A stretch of DNA of 64,000 nucleotides from Syntrophomonadaceae bacterium (GCA_012728655.1 JAAYEQ010000048.1:51328-115327); one strand, 5' to 3'; shown: positions 1 through 10,359, counted from the stretch's first letter. Notes: generated by a model from the letters alone, not told the origin. Numbers and translations are program-made.

Positions 1-1
1 T

Positions 2-2410
2 ACCAGGAACCCGGCCCGCCTGGGTTCATTAAAGGGACTGGAAGAACGAAACTGTGATTTCGTGGTCTTCGATCACCATCCGGACGGTCCGAATGATATT
101 CACGGGGTCATTAACGAGGTCCATGTGGTGGGCGCGGTGACCACCGTTCTGGTGGAGAAGATACGGCAGGAGGACATCCCGTTGACCCCTTTTGAGGCCA
201 CTATTCTGGCCCTGGGGATCTATGAGGATACCGGCAGCCTGCTCTTTACTTCCACGACTTACCGTGATGTGGAAGCTGTGGCTTATCTGTTGCGTCAGGG
301 GGCCGACCTCTCGGTGGTGGCCAGTTTCATGGAAGAACCGTTTTCTGATGAACAGCGGCAACTGCTGCAGAAGCTGCTGAATGACGTCCGGCACTACCGG
401 GTTAACGGCCTGGATATCGTTCTGGCTGCCGGTGCTGAAAAGGGATTTATACCCGGGCTGGATGTGGTTACTTACCATCTGATGGAAGTGGTTGCCGGTG
501 ATGCGATATTTGTGATGGTGATAATGCAGGGCAAGGCTCAAGTGGTGGCCCGGAGTCGGACCCCAAACATTCAGGTAAATAAGATCCTGTCCCCGCTGGG
601 GGGCCATGGACATGAAACGGCGGCTGCAGCGGTGGTCAGGAATCCTGATTTAAAGGTGATCGAGAGGGAGATTCTGGAGCAACTGGCTAAGAACACCGGC
701 AAAGCGATGTCGGCACGCGACATAATGTCGAGCCCGGTGAAGACCATACCGGTGGACGTGACCATGGAAGAAGCCGGGAAAATTATGCTCCGCTACGGGC
801 ATACCGGCATGCCGGTGATTGACGGGGAGCGTTTGGTGGGAATAATCTCACGCCGGGATGTGGATAAGGCCATGATTCATAATCTGGGACACGCCCCGGT
901 TAAGGGATTTATGACCCAGGAAGTGGTCACGGTCACACCGGATACCGGGGTGGGGGAAATCCGCAGGATCGTAGTAGAAAAGGATATCGGGCGCGTGCCG
1001 GTGGTGGAAGGAGGGCGACTGGTCGGGATTGTGTCCCGTACGGATCTGTTGCGCACCATGCACGGTGACCAGTATCCCGAGGACCATGCGGTTATGTATA
1101 ACCGGGGTGAACACGGATTGAATCGCAATTACCGCGATGCTCTGGAGAGTCGCCTCCCCAAACGAATTAAGGACATCCTGAAGACGGCGGGGATGATAGG
1201 CGACGACATGGGAATAAACGTTTACTGCGTGGGGGGGTTTGTCCGGGACCTGCTGCTGCAGGTTAAGAACTTTGATGTCGACCTGGTGGTGGAAGGGGAC
1301 GGGATCGAGTTTGCTCAAAGGCTGGCAGAAACGCTGGGCGGGAGAGCCCGCTCCCATGAAAGGTTTCGAACCGCGGTGGTTGTGCTGCCGGACGGGTTCA
1401 AGATCGATGTGGCCACCGCCCGCACCGAATACTACGAATTCCCAGCCGCCCTGCCGAAGGTGGAGAGATCTTCTATTCGAGAGGATATGTACCGCCGTGA
1501 CTTTACCATCAATACAATGGCAATCTGCTTGAATGCCCAAAGATATGGAGAGATGATTGACTATTTCGGCGGGCAGCAGGACCTGGAGCAGGGACTGATC
1601 CGGGTATTGTACAACCTGAGCTTTGTGGAGGATCCTACGCGGATTATACGGGCAATCCGTTTCGAAGCCCGCTACAAGTTCCGCATCGAGCCGGATACAC
1701 TGCAGATGGCCCGTTATGCAGTGCAGCGCCGGCTGCTTAGGCACCTGTCTTACAAGCGGATCCGGCAGGAACTGATACTGATCCTGGAGGAAAAGGACCC
1801 GGTGCCGGCTCTGCGCCGCATGGAAGATATCGGGGTATGGCAGTACGTGCTGCCCGAAGTCGATTTGAACGAAAAGATGAGGTATACGCTGAGCCGGGTG
1901 CCGCGGGTACTGGGATGGCTGGCGGAGAGGGAATTGGGAACCGGAGTTCGTCCCTGGGTGGTATATATGGAAGTATTGTGTTCCCAGTTGGACCAGTCCA
2001 AGCTGCAATCGGTGATTGACCGTTTTCACTTTGACCGGAAGACCGCACAATCCCTGGCCAGGATAAGGGATGTTATGGAACTGGCTCGGAACTTTCAGCG
2101 TAATGAGCAAATGCCTTTCAGCCAGCTGGACCTTCTCTTACGGGATTACTCCATGGAAAACATCGTTTTCTTCCTGCTCTGCCTGGAACGGGAGTGGGCA
2201 TGGGAGAAAGCGGTAAAGTATCTGGAACTGGTCCGGGATGTTAAGGTAGAGATGAACGGCAATGATCTGAAAAGAATGGGGATAAAGCCCGGTCCCCTTT
2301 TCAAGGTGCTGCTGGATAAATTAAGGGCGGCGCGCCTGGACCGGGAGGTCACCTCATACGAGGATGAGGTGAAGCTGGTGCGTAAGTGGATGGAGGATGG
2401 TTTATGTTAG
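2..2410 (+). CDS. cca: DHH/DHHA1-CBS-CBS-nucleotidyltransferase fusion (tRNA CCA- or A-adding enzyme); 5' end lies before the window
   Basis: Frame open from position 2. DHH motif (FDHH), GIYEDTG, GGHGH, two CBS repeats, class II NTase motifs VGGFVRDLLL..DVDLVV, RRDFTIN and EDPTRIIR. Confidence 0.9.
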   Translation, partial: TRNPARLGSLKGLEERNCDFVVFDHHPDGPNDIHGVINEVHVVGAVTTVLVEKIRQEDIPLTPFEATILALGIYEDTGSLLFTSTTYRDVEAVAYLLRQGADLSVVASFMEEPFSDEQRQLLQKLLNDVRHYRVNGLDIVLAAGAEKGFIPGLDVVTYHLMEVVAGDAIFVMVIMQGKAQVVARSRTPNIQVNKILSPLGGHGHETAAAAVVRNPDLKVIEREILEQLAKNTGKAMSARDIMSSPVKTIPVDVTMEEAGKIMLRYGHTGMPVIDGERLVGIISRRDVDKAMIHNLGHAPVKGFMTQEVVTVTPDTGVGEIRRIVVEKDIGRVPVVEGGRLVGIVSRTDLLRTMHGDQYPEDHAVMYNRGEHGLNRNYRDALESRLPKRIKDILKTAGMIGDDMGINVYCVGGFVRDLLLQVKNFDVDLVVEGDGIEFAQRLAETLGGRARSHERFRTAVVVLPDGFKIDVATARTEYYEFPAALPKVERSSIREDMYRRDFTINTMAICLNAQRYGEMIDYFGGQQDLEQGLIRVLYNLSFVEDPTRIIRAIRFEARYKFRIEPDTLQMARYAVQRRLLRHLSYKRIRQELILILEEKDPVPALRRMEDIGVWQYVLPEVDLNEKMRYTLSRVPRVLGWLAERELGTGVRPWVVYMEVLCSQLDQSKLQSVIDRFHFDRKTAQSLARIRDVMELARNFQRNEQMPFSQLDLLLRDYSMENIVFFLLCLEREWAWEKAVKYLELVRDVKVEMNGNDLKRMGIKPGPLFKVLLDKLRAARLDREVTSYEDEVKLVRKWMEDGLC

Positions 2411-3036
2411 ATTTGCCAAGTATTCGAGAGTTGCTGATAATACTTCCGGGGCTGTTAATTGCGCTGGCCTTCCATGAGTATGCCCACGCGCGGGCGGCTG
2501 ATTATCTGGGAGATGATACGCCCTACTACCAGGGGAGGCTGACCGTGAATCCCCTGGCGCACATCGACTGGCTGGGTTTTTTCATGCTGCTGCTGGCGAA
2601 GTTTGGCTGGGCCAAGCCGGTGCAGGTTAATCCCCTTAATTTTAAAGGCGTTGATATGCGGAAGGGGATGATGCTGGTTTCGCTGGCGGGTCCCGGCATG
2701 AACTTCCTCCTGGCCATAGTAACGGCCGTAGTGATGAAAATTGTTTATTCCCTGCCTCATACCGACAACACGGTTATTGCCATGACTCTATTGCAGCCGC
2801 TCCTTCTGTACAACGTGGTTCTTGGGGTCTTTAACCTGATACCGGTTCCGCCCCTGGACGGATCCAAGATCCTGGCCGGGATACTGCCCGACAGCCAGGC
2901 GGTTGTGCTTGACAACCTGGAGCGTTATGGGCCCATAATCCTGTTGGTGCTGGTTTTCTCCGGGCTGATTGGCACGATACTGTGGCCGATACTCAATGTC
3001 ATTCTCGGATTCCTCAGCAACTTCATCTTCGGGTAG
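2404..3036 (+). CDS. Site-2 protease family (M50) membrane metalloprotease
   Basis: HEYAH zinc motif, NLIPVPPLDG motif, hydrophobic segments; ATG 2404 after GGAGG. Confidence 0.9.
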   Translation: MLDLPSIRELLIILPGLLIALAFHEYAHARAADYLGDDTPYYQGRLTVNPLAHIDWLGFFMLLLAKFGWAKPVQVNPLNFKGVDMRKGMMLVSLAGPGMNFLLAIVTAVVMKIVYSLPHTDNTVIAMTLLQPLLLYNVVLGVFNLIPVPPLDGSKILAGILPDSQAVVLDNLERYGPIILLVLVFSGLIGTILWPILNVILGFLSNFIFG

Positions 3037-3049
3037 ACGGAGGCCGGGA

Positions 3050-3772
3050 ATGGGTTATTCGGTCAAACTGGATAATTACGAGGGACCGCTTGATCTGCTG
3101 CTGAAGCTCATTGAACAGAACCGGGTTGATATCTATGATATCCCCATCGCCAGCATCACCGATCAGTACCTGGCGGCCCTGGAAACCATGGCCGAGGTGG
3201 ATCTGGAAGTACTGGCCGATTTTCTGTTGATGGCGGCCACTCTGATCAATATCAAGACCCGGTTGCTGCTGCCGCGTCCGCAGGTGGAGCAAAGCGCGGA
3301 GGATGAAGAGGATCCGCGGCACGACCTGGTTAACCGGCTGGTGGAGTATCGTAATTTCAAGGCCTTGGCCCGGATGTTGGAACAGAGATACGAAGGGAGT
3401 GTGCCCCGGGTCTATTTCCGCGAGCCCTGGGATCTGGAGCCGCAAAAAGAGGTGCGTGCAACCCTGGCCCAGTTGGTCCAGGCGTTCAGGAATGTCTGGG
3501 ACCAGAAAGAAGAGCCCGAGATACCGGTCAGGCTTCCGGAAGGGGATATCGACATTCATGAGAAAATGCAGGTTATTGAAGAGAGCTGCCGCAAGAGGCG
3601 ACACCTGACATTGCAGGAGCTCTTTGCAGGTGCAGCCAGCAGGAGAGAGGCTTTGGTGCTCTTTTTGGCCCTGCTGGAACTGATACGATTGGGGCGGGTG
3701 ACCGCGATTCAGCCCGAACCGTTCGGTGTGATATCGATCATGAGAACACGGAGCCCTCAAGATGCTGATTAG
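3050..3772 (+). CDS. scpA: Segregation and condensation protein A
   Basis: YEGPLDLLLKLI..VDIYDIPI N-terminus and FLALLELI C-terminus; GGAGG before ATG 3050. Confidence 0.95.
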   Translation: MGYSVKLDNYEGPLDLLLKLIEQNRVDIYDIPIASITDQYLAALETMAEVDLEVLADFLLMAATLINIKTRLLLPRPQVEQSAEDEEDPRHDLVNRLVEYRNFKALARMLEQRYEGSVPRVYFREPWDLEPQKEVRATLAQLVQAFRNVWDQKEEPEIPVRLPEGDIDIHEKMQVIEESCRKRRHLTLQELFAGAASRREALVLFLALLELIRLGRVTAIQPEPFGVISIMRTRSPQDAD

Positions 3773-4286
3773 AGAAGAGTTGAAAGCCGTTATTGAGGCC
3801 ATCCTCTTTGTCCGGGCCGAGGCCGTTTCGGTGGAGGAGATAGCGCGGATTACCGGTGCTGCCCGGGAGGATATCTTAACCTTATTGACCGAGCTTGCTC
3901 TGGAGTATAATGAAAGGAAAAGCGGTATTGAGATTGTGTCCGGAGACGGTGGCTTCCTCATGTGCACGCGTCCCGAATACCACGAGTATGTGCGGGAGTC
4001 CGGAGCCGTACAGGCGGCCCGGCTGTCGCAGGGGGTGCTGGAAACCCTGGCGATAATCGCTTACCGGCAGCCGATTACCAGAGCCGAGGTGGAAGCGATA
4101 CGCGGGGTCAGAGCGGATCGAGCCCTGCAATCCCTGCAGAAGCGGGGTTTGATTAAGGAAGTGGGGAGGAAGGATGCGCCCGGAAGGCCGGTGATGTACG
4201 GTACCACCGAAGAGTTCCTGAAGTTGTTTGGATTGACCAGCCTGCAAGACCTGCCGGCAGTGCTCGAGGAGGATAATGATGACTAG
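3762..4286 (+). CDS. scpB: SMC-Scp complex subunit ScpB
   Basis: IEAILF, LETLAIIAYRQPITRAEVEAIRGV, GRP..YGTT..FL..FGL; follows scpA. Confidence 0.95.
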   Translation: MLIREELKAVIEAILFVRAEAVSVEEIARITGAAREDILTLLTELALEYNERKSGIEIVSGDGGFLMCTRPEYHEYVRESGAVQAARLSQGVLETLAIIAYRQPITRAEVEAIRGVRADRALQSLQKRGLIKEVGRKDAPGRPVMYGTTEEFLKLFGLTSLQDLPAVLEEDNDD

Positions 4287-4818
4287 GTCTTTGGAAGAGG
4301 AGATTATGATAAAAGCGGCCGAGGTTCGCGGCACCGCCAAATATATGGCCAGTATTGAAGACCTGGTGGAAGAGAAAATACGCAAGGCCATGGAAGCGGG
4401 GGCTTTTGACAATCTGAAGGGTAAGGGGAAACCGCTGAACTTGCAGGAGAACCCCTTTGAACCCCCGGATATGCGGATGGCCAATAAGATCCTCAAGGAC
4501 GCCGGGTTTTCACCTTACTGGATGGAGCTGGGCAAGGACGTGGACGCCGCGATTGAGAAGTTCTGGAAGGAGGTTGACAAGTTCATAGCCCTGCAGCGGA
4601 TTAAGGGTGACAGCGATAAGAAAAGCCCGCACATGTCCCGGAAGAGGATGGAGCAATTTCTGAAGGAATCAGAGGAAAGGCTCAAGGAGATCAACCGCAT
4701 GATTGACAACTTCAACTGTCACTGTCCCATGTGGTGGCTGGGACGGGGGCGGCTGAACATTAACCGGGAAATGGCCAAAGTCAGGGAGAGGATTTTAGGA
4801 GCAGCAACGGATCAATAA
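4276..4818 (+). CDS. DUF1992 (DnaJ-related) domain protein
   Basis: EEKIRKAMEAGAFDNLKGKGKPL..ILKDAGFSPYWMEL is the DUF1992 signature. Confidence 0.8.
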   Translation: MMTRSLEEEIMIKAAEVRGTAKYMASIEDLVEEKIRKAMEAGAFDNLKGKGKPLNLQENPFEPPDMRMANKILKDAGFSPYWMELGKDVDAAIEKFWKEVDKFIALQRIKGDSDKKSPHMSRKRMEQFLKESEERLKEINRMIDNFNCHCPMWWLGRGRLNINREMAKVRERILGAATDQ

Positions 4819-4974
4819 AGGTCAGGCGAGTACGAGCCGAGGGAAAAATCCCCATTTATGTTATCGGAATATAATTACGGAAAACCTCATTTTTTTACTG
4901 AAACTATCGTGATACATGAGCAGGGCTGATGTATAATAAAAAAGATGTTGTTGACCGGATTCTGATTGCGGGCG

Positions 4975-5064
4975 TTTTCACATCGGGATGATGTGCAAAA
5001 CAACCGGAGTGTCCCGGAAAGATAATGGACGCACCGTGTTTTCACATCATCATGATGTGTAAAT
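4975..5064 (+). promoter_or_regulatory. Two copies of the palindrome TTTTCACATC-N5-GATGTGNAAA upstream of the liv operon
   Basis: 4975-5000 and 5039-5064, 64 bp apart, downstream of TATAAT at 4932-4937. Confidence 0.6.
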
Positions 5065-5089
5065 CAAATTTATGAAAAGGAGGACAAAG

Positions 5090-6268
5090 ATGAGAAAGGG
5101 TGTTTTGAGAAGGCTGTCGGTTTTTGTGCTGATGGTGTTCGTCCTCGGCATTGTCGTCGGTTGCGGGGGAGGTGACCAGAAGACCGGTGATGGGGACAAG
5201 ATCAATGTAGGTCTCAACGTTGAATTGTCCGGCGGTGTTGCCAGTTACGGGACCAACTGCCGGGATGGCGCAATGCTGGCGATCGAAGAAATCAACGCTG
5301 CCGGCGGGGTGCTGGGGAAACAGCTCAACCCGATCGTAAGAGACTGCAAGTCCCTGGCCGACGAAGCCATGAGTGTTAGTGCGGCTCTGGTCGATGAGGG
5401 GATCGTAGCCCAGATAGGTCCGCTGACCAGCAGTAATGTGCAGGGCAGTACACCGGTTTTGATGGACAACGGTATTCCGCTTATTGCACCTGCCGCTACC
5501 GCCCCCAACGTGACCGTGGACGAGAAGACAGGGGAAACCTTGAAATACATTTTCAGGGTATGCTTCATCGACCCCTTCCAGGGAACCTTGATGGCTGAGT
5601 TTGCAGCGGACAATCTAGGTGCCAAGACGGCGGCCATTTACAAGGACGCCTCCACCGATTACGGTAAGGGCCTGGCGGAATACTTCAAGAAGACCTTTGA
5701 GGCCAAGGGCGGAACCATTGTAGCCGAAGAAGGTTTTGTCAAGGATGACCGTGACTTCAAAGCAGCCCTGACCAGGATCAGAAGCAAGAACCCGGATTTC
5801 ATTTATGTACCCGGTTATTATCAGGAAGTGGCTCCCCTGATCAAGCAGGCTCGTGAGCTTGGGATTACCGCTCCCATGGGTGGCGGAGACGGATGGGATT
5901 CTCCGGACATGGTATCGGTGGCCACCGCTCCGAATCTCAACAATACTTACTTTACCAACCACTATTCTTCCCAGGATACGGATCCTAAGATTGTTGCCTT
6001 CGTAGAAGCCTACAAGGCCAAGTACAACAAGGAACCCGATGCCTTTGCAGCCCTGGGTTACGATGCCGTACAGCTGCTGGTACAGGCTATTAAAGATGCC
6101 AACAGTACCGATCCGGTAAAAATAGCCGAGGCCCTGGCAAACATTAAGGACTTTGAAGGAATTACCGGTAAGATGACCATTGATGAGCAGCACAACCCGG
6201 TTAAAGCAGGGGTTATAATAGAGTTCAAAGACGGTAAACAGGTAATGAATACTCGGATCCAACCTTAA
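5090..6268 (+). CDS. livK: Branched-chain amino acid ABC transporter substrate-binding lipoprotein
   Basis: Lipobox IVVGC, AIEEINAAGGVLG, FRVCFIDPFQG; AAGGAGG RBS. Confidence 0.9.
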   Translation: MRKGVLRRLSVFVLMVFVLGIVVGCGGGDQKTGDGDKINVGLNVELSGGVASYGTNCRDGAMLAIEEINAAGGVLGKQLNPIVRDCKSLADEAMSVSAALVDEGIVAQIGPLTSSNVQGSTPVLMDNGIPLIAPAATAPNVTVDEKTGETLKYIFRVCFIDPFQGTLMAEFAADNLGAKTAAIYKDASTDYGKGLAEYFKKTFEAKGGTIVAEEGFVKDDRDFKAALTRIRSKNPDFIYVPGYYQEVAPLIKQARELGITAPMGGGDGWDSPDMVSVATAPNLNNTYFTNHYSSQDTDPKIVAFVEAYKAKYNKEPDAFAALGYDAVQLLVQAIKDANSTDPVKIAEALANIKDFEGITGKMTIDEQHNPVKAGVIIEFKDGKQVMNTRIQP

Positions 6269-6277
6269 CAACAAGAG

Positions 6278-6311
6278 ATGGCAACTGGAGAATCCCTTCT
6301 CCAGTTGCCAT
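6278..6311 (+). terminator. Perfect 15-bp hairpin between the binding-protein and permease genes (partial terminator or mRNA stabiliser)
   Basis: ATGGCAACTGGAGAA-TCCC-TTCTCCAGTTGCCAT followed by a short T run. Confidence 0.7.
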
Positions 6312-6340
6312 TTACCGTTTACAAAGGGGAAGTGGCCATC

Positions 6341-7222
6341 ATGCTCGAATTTTTGCAACAATTGGTGAACGGTTTGTCTCTGGGGGCCATATATGCCTTG
6401 ATTGCCCTGGGCTACACCATGGTATATGGAATCATTATGCTGATCAACTTTGCTCATGGCGACATAATGATGGTTGGCGCCTTCGTGGGCTTTTATTCCA
6501 TCACCTTACTGGGTACCAACATTGTGATGGCCATGATATTTGCCATGATAGCCTGTGCGGTTCTGGGTGTCCTTATTGAGAAGATTGCATATCGTCCCCT
6601 GCGCAAGTCCACCCGTATAGCTGCGCTGATAACGGCCATTGGTATGTCACTGTTTCTTGAGTACATGACCATATTTCTGATCGGACCTCAGCAAAAGGTA
6701 TTTCCCCACTCAGCTTTTCCGCATAAAGAGTATGATTTAATGGGACTGCTCATTACCAACAAAGACATCTTTATTATCATATCCGCCGTGGTCCTGATGC
6801 TCATACTCCAGTACATCATTAAAATGACCAAGACTGGAAAGGCCATGCGTGCAGTGTCGGTTGACCGCGAAGCAGCGGTCTTAATGGGTATAAGTGTGGA
6901 CAAAACCATCTCCATAACCTTCGCCATCGGTTCAGCTCTGGCGGCAGCCGCGGGGGTTATGGTAGGTGTTTATTACAATACAATCAACCCCTTGATGGGA
7001 ATTATTCCGGGCTTAAAGGCCTTTGTCGCAGCCGTGCTGGGAGGAATAGGAATTATTCCGGGAGCCATGGTGGGAGGATTTGTTATGGGCATCCTGGAGA
7101 CCTTTGTCAGCGGATACGGCAGCAGTCTGTATCGTGATGCGGTGGCTTTCGGCGTACTTGTCCTCATTCTCCTGATAAAGCCCACAGGTCTTTTCGGCAA
7201 GGATACCGGCGAAAAAGTGTAG
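6341..7222 (+). CDS. livH: BCAA ABC transporter permease
   Basis: QQLVNGLSLGAIYALIALGYTMVYG..INFAHG; GLKAFVAAVLGGIG. Confidence 0.93.
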   Translation: MLEFLQQLVNGLSLGAIYALIALGYTMVYGIIMLINFAHGDIMMVGAFVGFYSITLLGTNIVMAMIFAMIACAVLGVLIEKIAYRPLRKSTRIAALITAIGMSLFLEYMTIFLIGPQQKVFPHSAFPHKEYDLMGLLITNKDIFIIISAVVLMLILQYIIKMTKTGKAMRAVSVDREAAVLMGISVDKTISITFAIGSALAAAAGVMVGVYYNTINPLMGIIPGLKAFVAAVLGGIGIIPGAMVGGFVMGILETFVSGYGSSLYRDAVAFGVLVLILLIKPTGLFGKDTGEKV

Positions 7223-8182
7223 GTGAGCAAGATGCAGGAAACAAAGCACAAATTGATCCGTTTTTGTGGCGAGGTACTTGTACTGGTGGCTTTGTTCACC
7301 GTAATTCAGTATTTAATAACTGCCGGGATGCTGGATATGTACTACCAGATTAACCTGACCTCAATGTGTATTAATATTATCCTGGCAGTGAGTTTGAACC
7401 TGATAAACGGCTTTACCGGGCAGTTGTCCCTGGGACATGCGGGTTTTATGGCCGTCGGTGCATACTCGTCAGTGATAATGACCCAGTTCCTGGGACAGCC
7501 ATTTGCAATCGGTATCCTGGCAGCCTGTGCGGCGGCTGCGGTAGCCGGATTTATCATTGGCGTGCCCACACTGAGGCTTAAAGGAGACTACCTGGCGATT
7601 GCCACCCTGGCTTTTGGTGAAATCATACGGGTGGTCCTGATGAATATTGATTATGTGAACGGGCCGGCCGGCATAGTCGGGATTGACAAACTTACCACCT
7701 GGCCTTTGCTCTACTGGTCCATGATCATCACCATACTGGTGGTGGTGAACCTGATTAACTCCAGTTATGGCCGCGCCATCGTGTCAGTTCGCGAGGATGA
7801 GGTGGCGGCGGAGTTAATGGGCATTAATACCACCAGGTACAAGGTAATAGCCTTTGTGATCGGGGCCATGTTTGCCGGATTGGCCGGGGCCCTGTATGCC
7901 CACTTCTTCTATATTATCAAACCGGAAACTTTCAACTTCCTGAAATCGTTTGACATTCTGGTTATGGTGGTTCTGGGCGGCCTGGGCAGCACCACCGGGG
8001 CTATCATTGCCGCCATCTTTATCACGGTGTTGACGGCGGCACTGCAGTCGTTCCCGGCAATAAGAATGATTCTGTATGCGTTGATCCTAATTATAGTAAT
8101 GATCTACCGCCCCCAGGGCTTGATGGGCAATAAGGAGTTTGGCCGGGAGACGTTAAACCGGATTTGGGGTGGAAGAAGATGA
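7223..8182 (+). CDS. livM: BCAA ABC transporter permease
   Basis: SLNLINGFTGQLSLGHAGF, LRLKGDYLAIATLAFGEI; start may instead be ATG 7232. Confidence 0.93.
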   Translation: MSKMQETKHKLIRFCGEVLVLVALFTVIQYLITAGMLDMYYQINLTSMCINIILAVSLNLINGFTGQLSLGHAGFMAVGAYSSVIMTQFLGQPFAIGILAACAAAAVAGFIIGVPTLRLKGDYLAIATLAFGEIIRVVLMNIDYVNGPAGIVGIDKLTTWPLLYWSMIITILVVVNLINSSYGRAIVSVREDEVAAELMGINTTRYKVIAFVIGAMFAGLAGALYAHFFYIIKPETFNFLKSFDILVMVVLGGLGSTTGAIIAAIFITVLTAALQSFPAIRMILYALILIIVMIYRPQGLMGNKEFGRETLNRIWGGRR

Positions 8183-8946
8183 TCCTGCTGGAGACGAAGA
8201 AACTGAATAAGTCATTCGGAGGCTTGAGCGCAGTACTCGATTTTGATATTTACCTGAAACAAAAGGAACTGGTCGGGCTCATCGGTCCCAACGGCGCAGG
8301 CAAGACCACGGTTTTTAACCTGATAACCGGGGTATACAAGCCGGATTCGGGCAATATCATTTTTAACGGTCAGGACATTTCCGGCCTGGCGCCCCATACC
8401 ATATGCGCCCGTGGCATTGCCCGTACTTTTCAGAATATACGGCTCTTTAACGACCTGACCGTCCTGGACAATGTAAAGATAGCCGCCCATAAGAATGTGC
8501 CCTACGGATTTTTGAGCACGATTTTTCGAACTCCGAGTTTTTTCCGCGGCGAAAAACAGATCGAAGAGGATGCATTAAGGTATTTGGAGATTTTCAAGCT
8601 GGATAACAAGAGGTATGAACTGGCCAAAAACCTGCCTTACGGCGAACAGAGGCGCCTGGAGATTGCCCGGGCGATGGCCACCCAACCGACGCTGCTGATT
8701 CTCGATGAACCGGCGGCGGGGATGAATCCCCAGGAAACCAGGGAACTTATGAAATTGATTCAGACGATCAGGGAAGATTTCAACCTGACCATACTCCTGA
8801 TTGAACACGATATGTCCCTGGTGATGGGAGTATGCGAACGCATTTACGTCCTGGATTACGGGCAGATCATTGCCGAAGGCCTGCCGGAAGAAATCAGGAA
8901 CAACAAGGAGGTTATCGAAGCTTATTTGGGAGAGGAGGTTGTGTGA
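8179..8946 (+). CDS. livG: BCAA ABC transporter ATP-binding protein
   Basis: Walker A GPNGAGKT, LPYGEQRRLEIARA, LDEPAAG. Confidence 0.93.
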   Translation: MILLETKKLNKSFGGLSAVLDFDIYLKQKELVGLIGPNGAGKTTVFNLITGVYKPDSGNIIFNGQDISGLAPHTICARGIARTFQNIRLFNDLTVLDNVKIAAHKNVPYGFLSTIFRTPSFFRGEKQIEEDALRYLEIFKLDNKRYELAKNLPYGEQRRLEIARAMATQPTLLILDEPAAGMNPQETRELMKLIQTIREDFNLTILLIEHDMSLVMGVCERIYVLDYGQIIAEGLPEEIRNNKEVIEAYLGEEVV

Positions 8947-9651
8947 GTGCTTCAGGTTAAGGAGATCGATGTATACTATGGTGCCATCCACGCTCTGAAG
9001 AAACTGTCCCTGGAGGTGGAACAGGGCAAGATCGTTACCCTGATCGGAGCCAACGGAGCCGGCAAGACCACCACTCTCAAAACCATCTCCGGCCTGCTCA
9101 GGCCGGCGAGCGGAACGATAACCTACAAAGGTGTGGATTTGACCAGGGTGCCCCCGGAAAAAATTGTGGGGATGGGGATTTCACAGGTTCCTGAGGGACG
9201 GCGGGTCTTTGCTCCGATGACGGTGCAGGAAAACCTGGAGATGGGAGCCTACCTGCGCAAAGACAAAAAAGAAGTGCAGCGCGACATGGAGCTGGTTTTT
9301 GAACGCTTCCCCCGCCTGAAGGAACGGCGCAAACAGTTGGCCGGGACCTTGAGCGGCGGTGAGCAGCAGATGCTGGCCATCGGGCGTGCTCTTATGGCGA
9401 GGCCGGAACTCATGCTGATGGACGAACCGTCTATGGGACTGGCCCCGCTCCTGGTGAGGGAGATTTTTGAGATAATAAAGGACATCAACTCTCGCGGGAC
9501 CACGATTCTTCTGGTTGAGCAGAACGCGCACATGGCATTGTCCATTGCCCATAAAGCATATGTGGTTGAGACCGGAAGCATCGTTCTGGAGGGTACTCCG
9601 GAGCAGCTTATGAACAGTGAAGAAGTCAAGAAAGCCTACCTGGGCGGCTAA
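8947..9651 (+). CDS. livF: BCAA ABC transporter ATP-binding protein
   Basis: GANGAGKT, LSGGEQQMLAIGRALM, DEPSMGLAP. Confidence 0.93.
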   Translation: MLQVKEIDVYYGAIHALKKLSLEVEQGKIVTLIGANGAGKTTTLKTISGLLRPASGTITYKGVDLTRVPPEKIVGMGISQVPEGRRVFAPMTVQENLEMGAYLRKDKKEVQRDMELVFERFPRLKERRKQLAGTLSGGEQQMLAIGRALMARPELMLMDEPSMGLAPLLVREIFEIIKDINSRGTTILLVEQNAHMALSIAHKAYVVETGSIVLEGTPEQLMNSEEVKKAYLGG

Positions 9652-9690
9652 CTGGGACCGGGGGTAGGCTGCGAAGGAGGGACGGTAACG

Positions 9691-10359
9691 ATGAAAGTTA
9701 AAAACCGGATGACGGTTAACCCCCTTACGGTGACACTGGATACCAGCATCCACGAAGCGATGTCGATGATGAAGAACAACAACATACGCCGCTTACCGGT
9801 AGTTGATAATGGCAAGGTGGTGGGCATGGTCACCATCGCCGACCTGAATCAAGCCAGTCCGTCTTCAGCTACCACCCTGAGCAAACACGAGCTCAAGTAT
9901 CTGCTGGCGAAGACCAAAATAAAGGACATCCTTCCCAAGAACCAGAAGGTAATCAGTATCGGGCCCGAAAACTATATTGAAACCGCGGCCAGGATAATGC
10001 GGGAGAACAAGGTCAGCGGCCTGCCGGTAATCGATGATAACGGCCAACTGGTGGGAATAATAACTGAAACCGACCTCTTCGATGCCTTGATTGATGTCCT
10101 GGGTGTTACCAAGGTCCACAGCCGGATTGACTTTTATACCGCCGACCGCCCGGGTACGGTGGCCGAAATCACCACCATGATTGCCGAAAAAGGCAAAAAC
10201 ATAGTAAACCTGGTAGCCTTCTACGATAAAAAGAGGGATATGTACAAGATGGTTATCCGTCTGGAGGAACTGGACTGCCAGGATGTAGTCGACGCCCTGA
10301 AAGAACGAGGCCTCGAAGTGGAGTCGGTCATCATTAAACAGGAGGGTGCGGACTGGTAA
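9691..10359 (+). CDS. acuB: CBS-pair plus ACT domain protein (AcuB-like)
   Basis: Two CBS repeats, SPSSATTLS, C-terminal DRPG ACT domain. Confidence 0.8.
   Translation: MKVKNRMTVNPLTVTLDTSIHEAMSMMKNNNIRRLPVVDNGKVVGMVTIADLNQASPSSATTLSKHELKYLLAKTKIKDILPKNQKVISIGPENYIETAARIMRENKVSGLPVIDDNGQLVGIITETDLFDALIDVLGVTKVHSRIDFYTADRPGTVAEITTMIAEKGKNIVNLVAFYDKKRDMYKMVIRLEELDCQDVVDALKERGLEVESVIIKQEGADW

Noticed and set aside
4940-5089. ppGpp (ykkC) riboswitch or T-box before liv
   Set aside because: No ykkC core, no T-box sequence and no terminator.
8944-8949. livG TGA directly followed by in-frame GTG of livF
   Set aside because: A strong GAGGAGG RBS precedes livF; this is ordinary gene packing.
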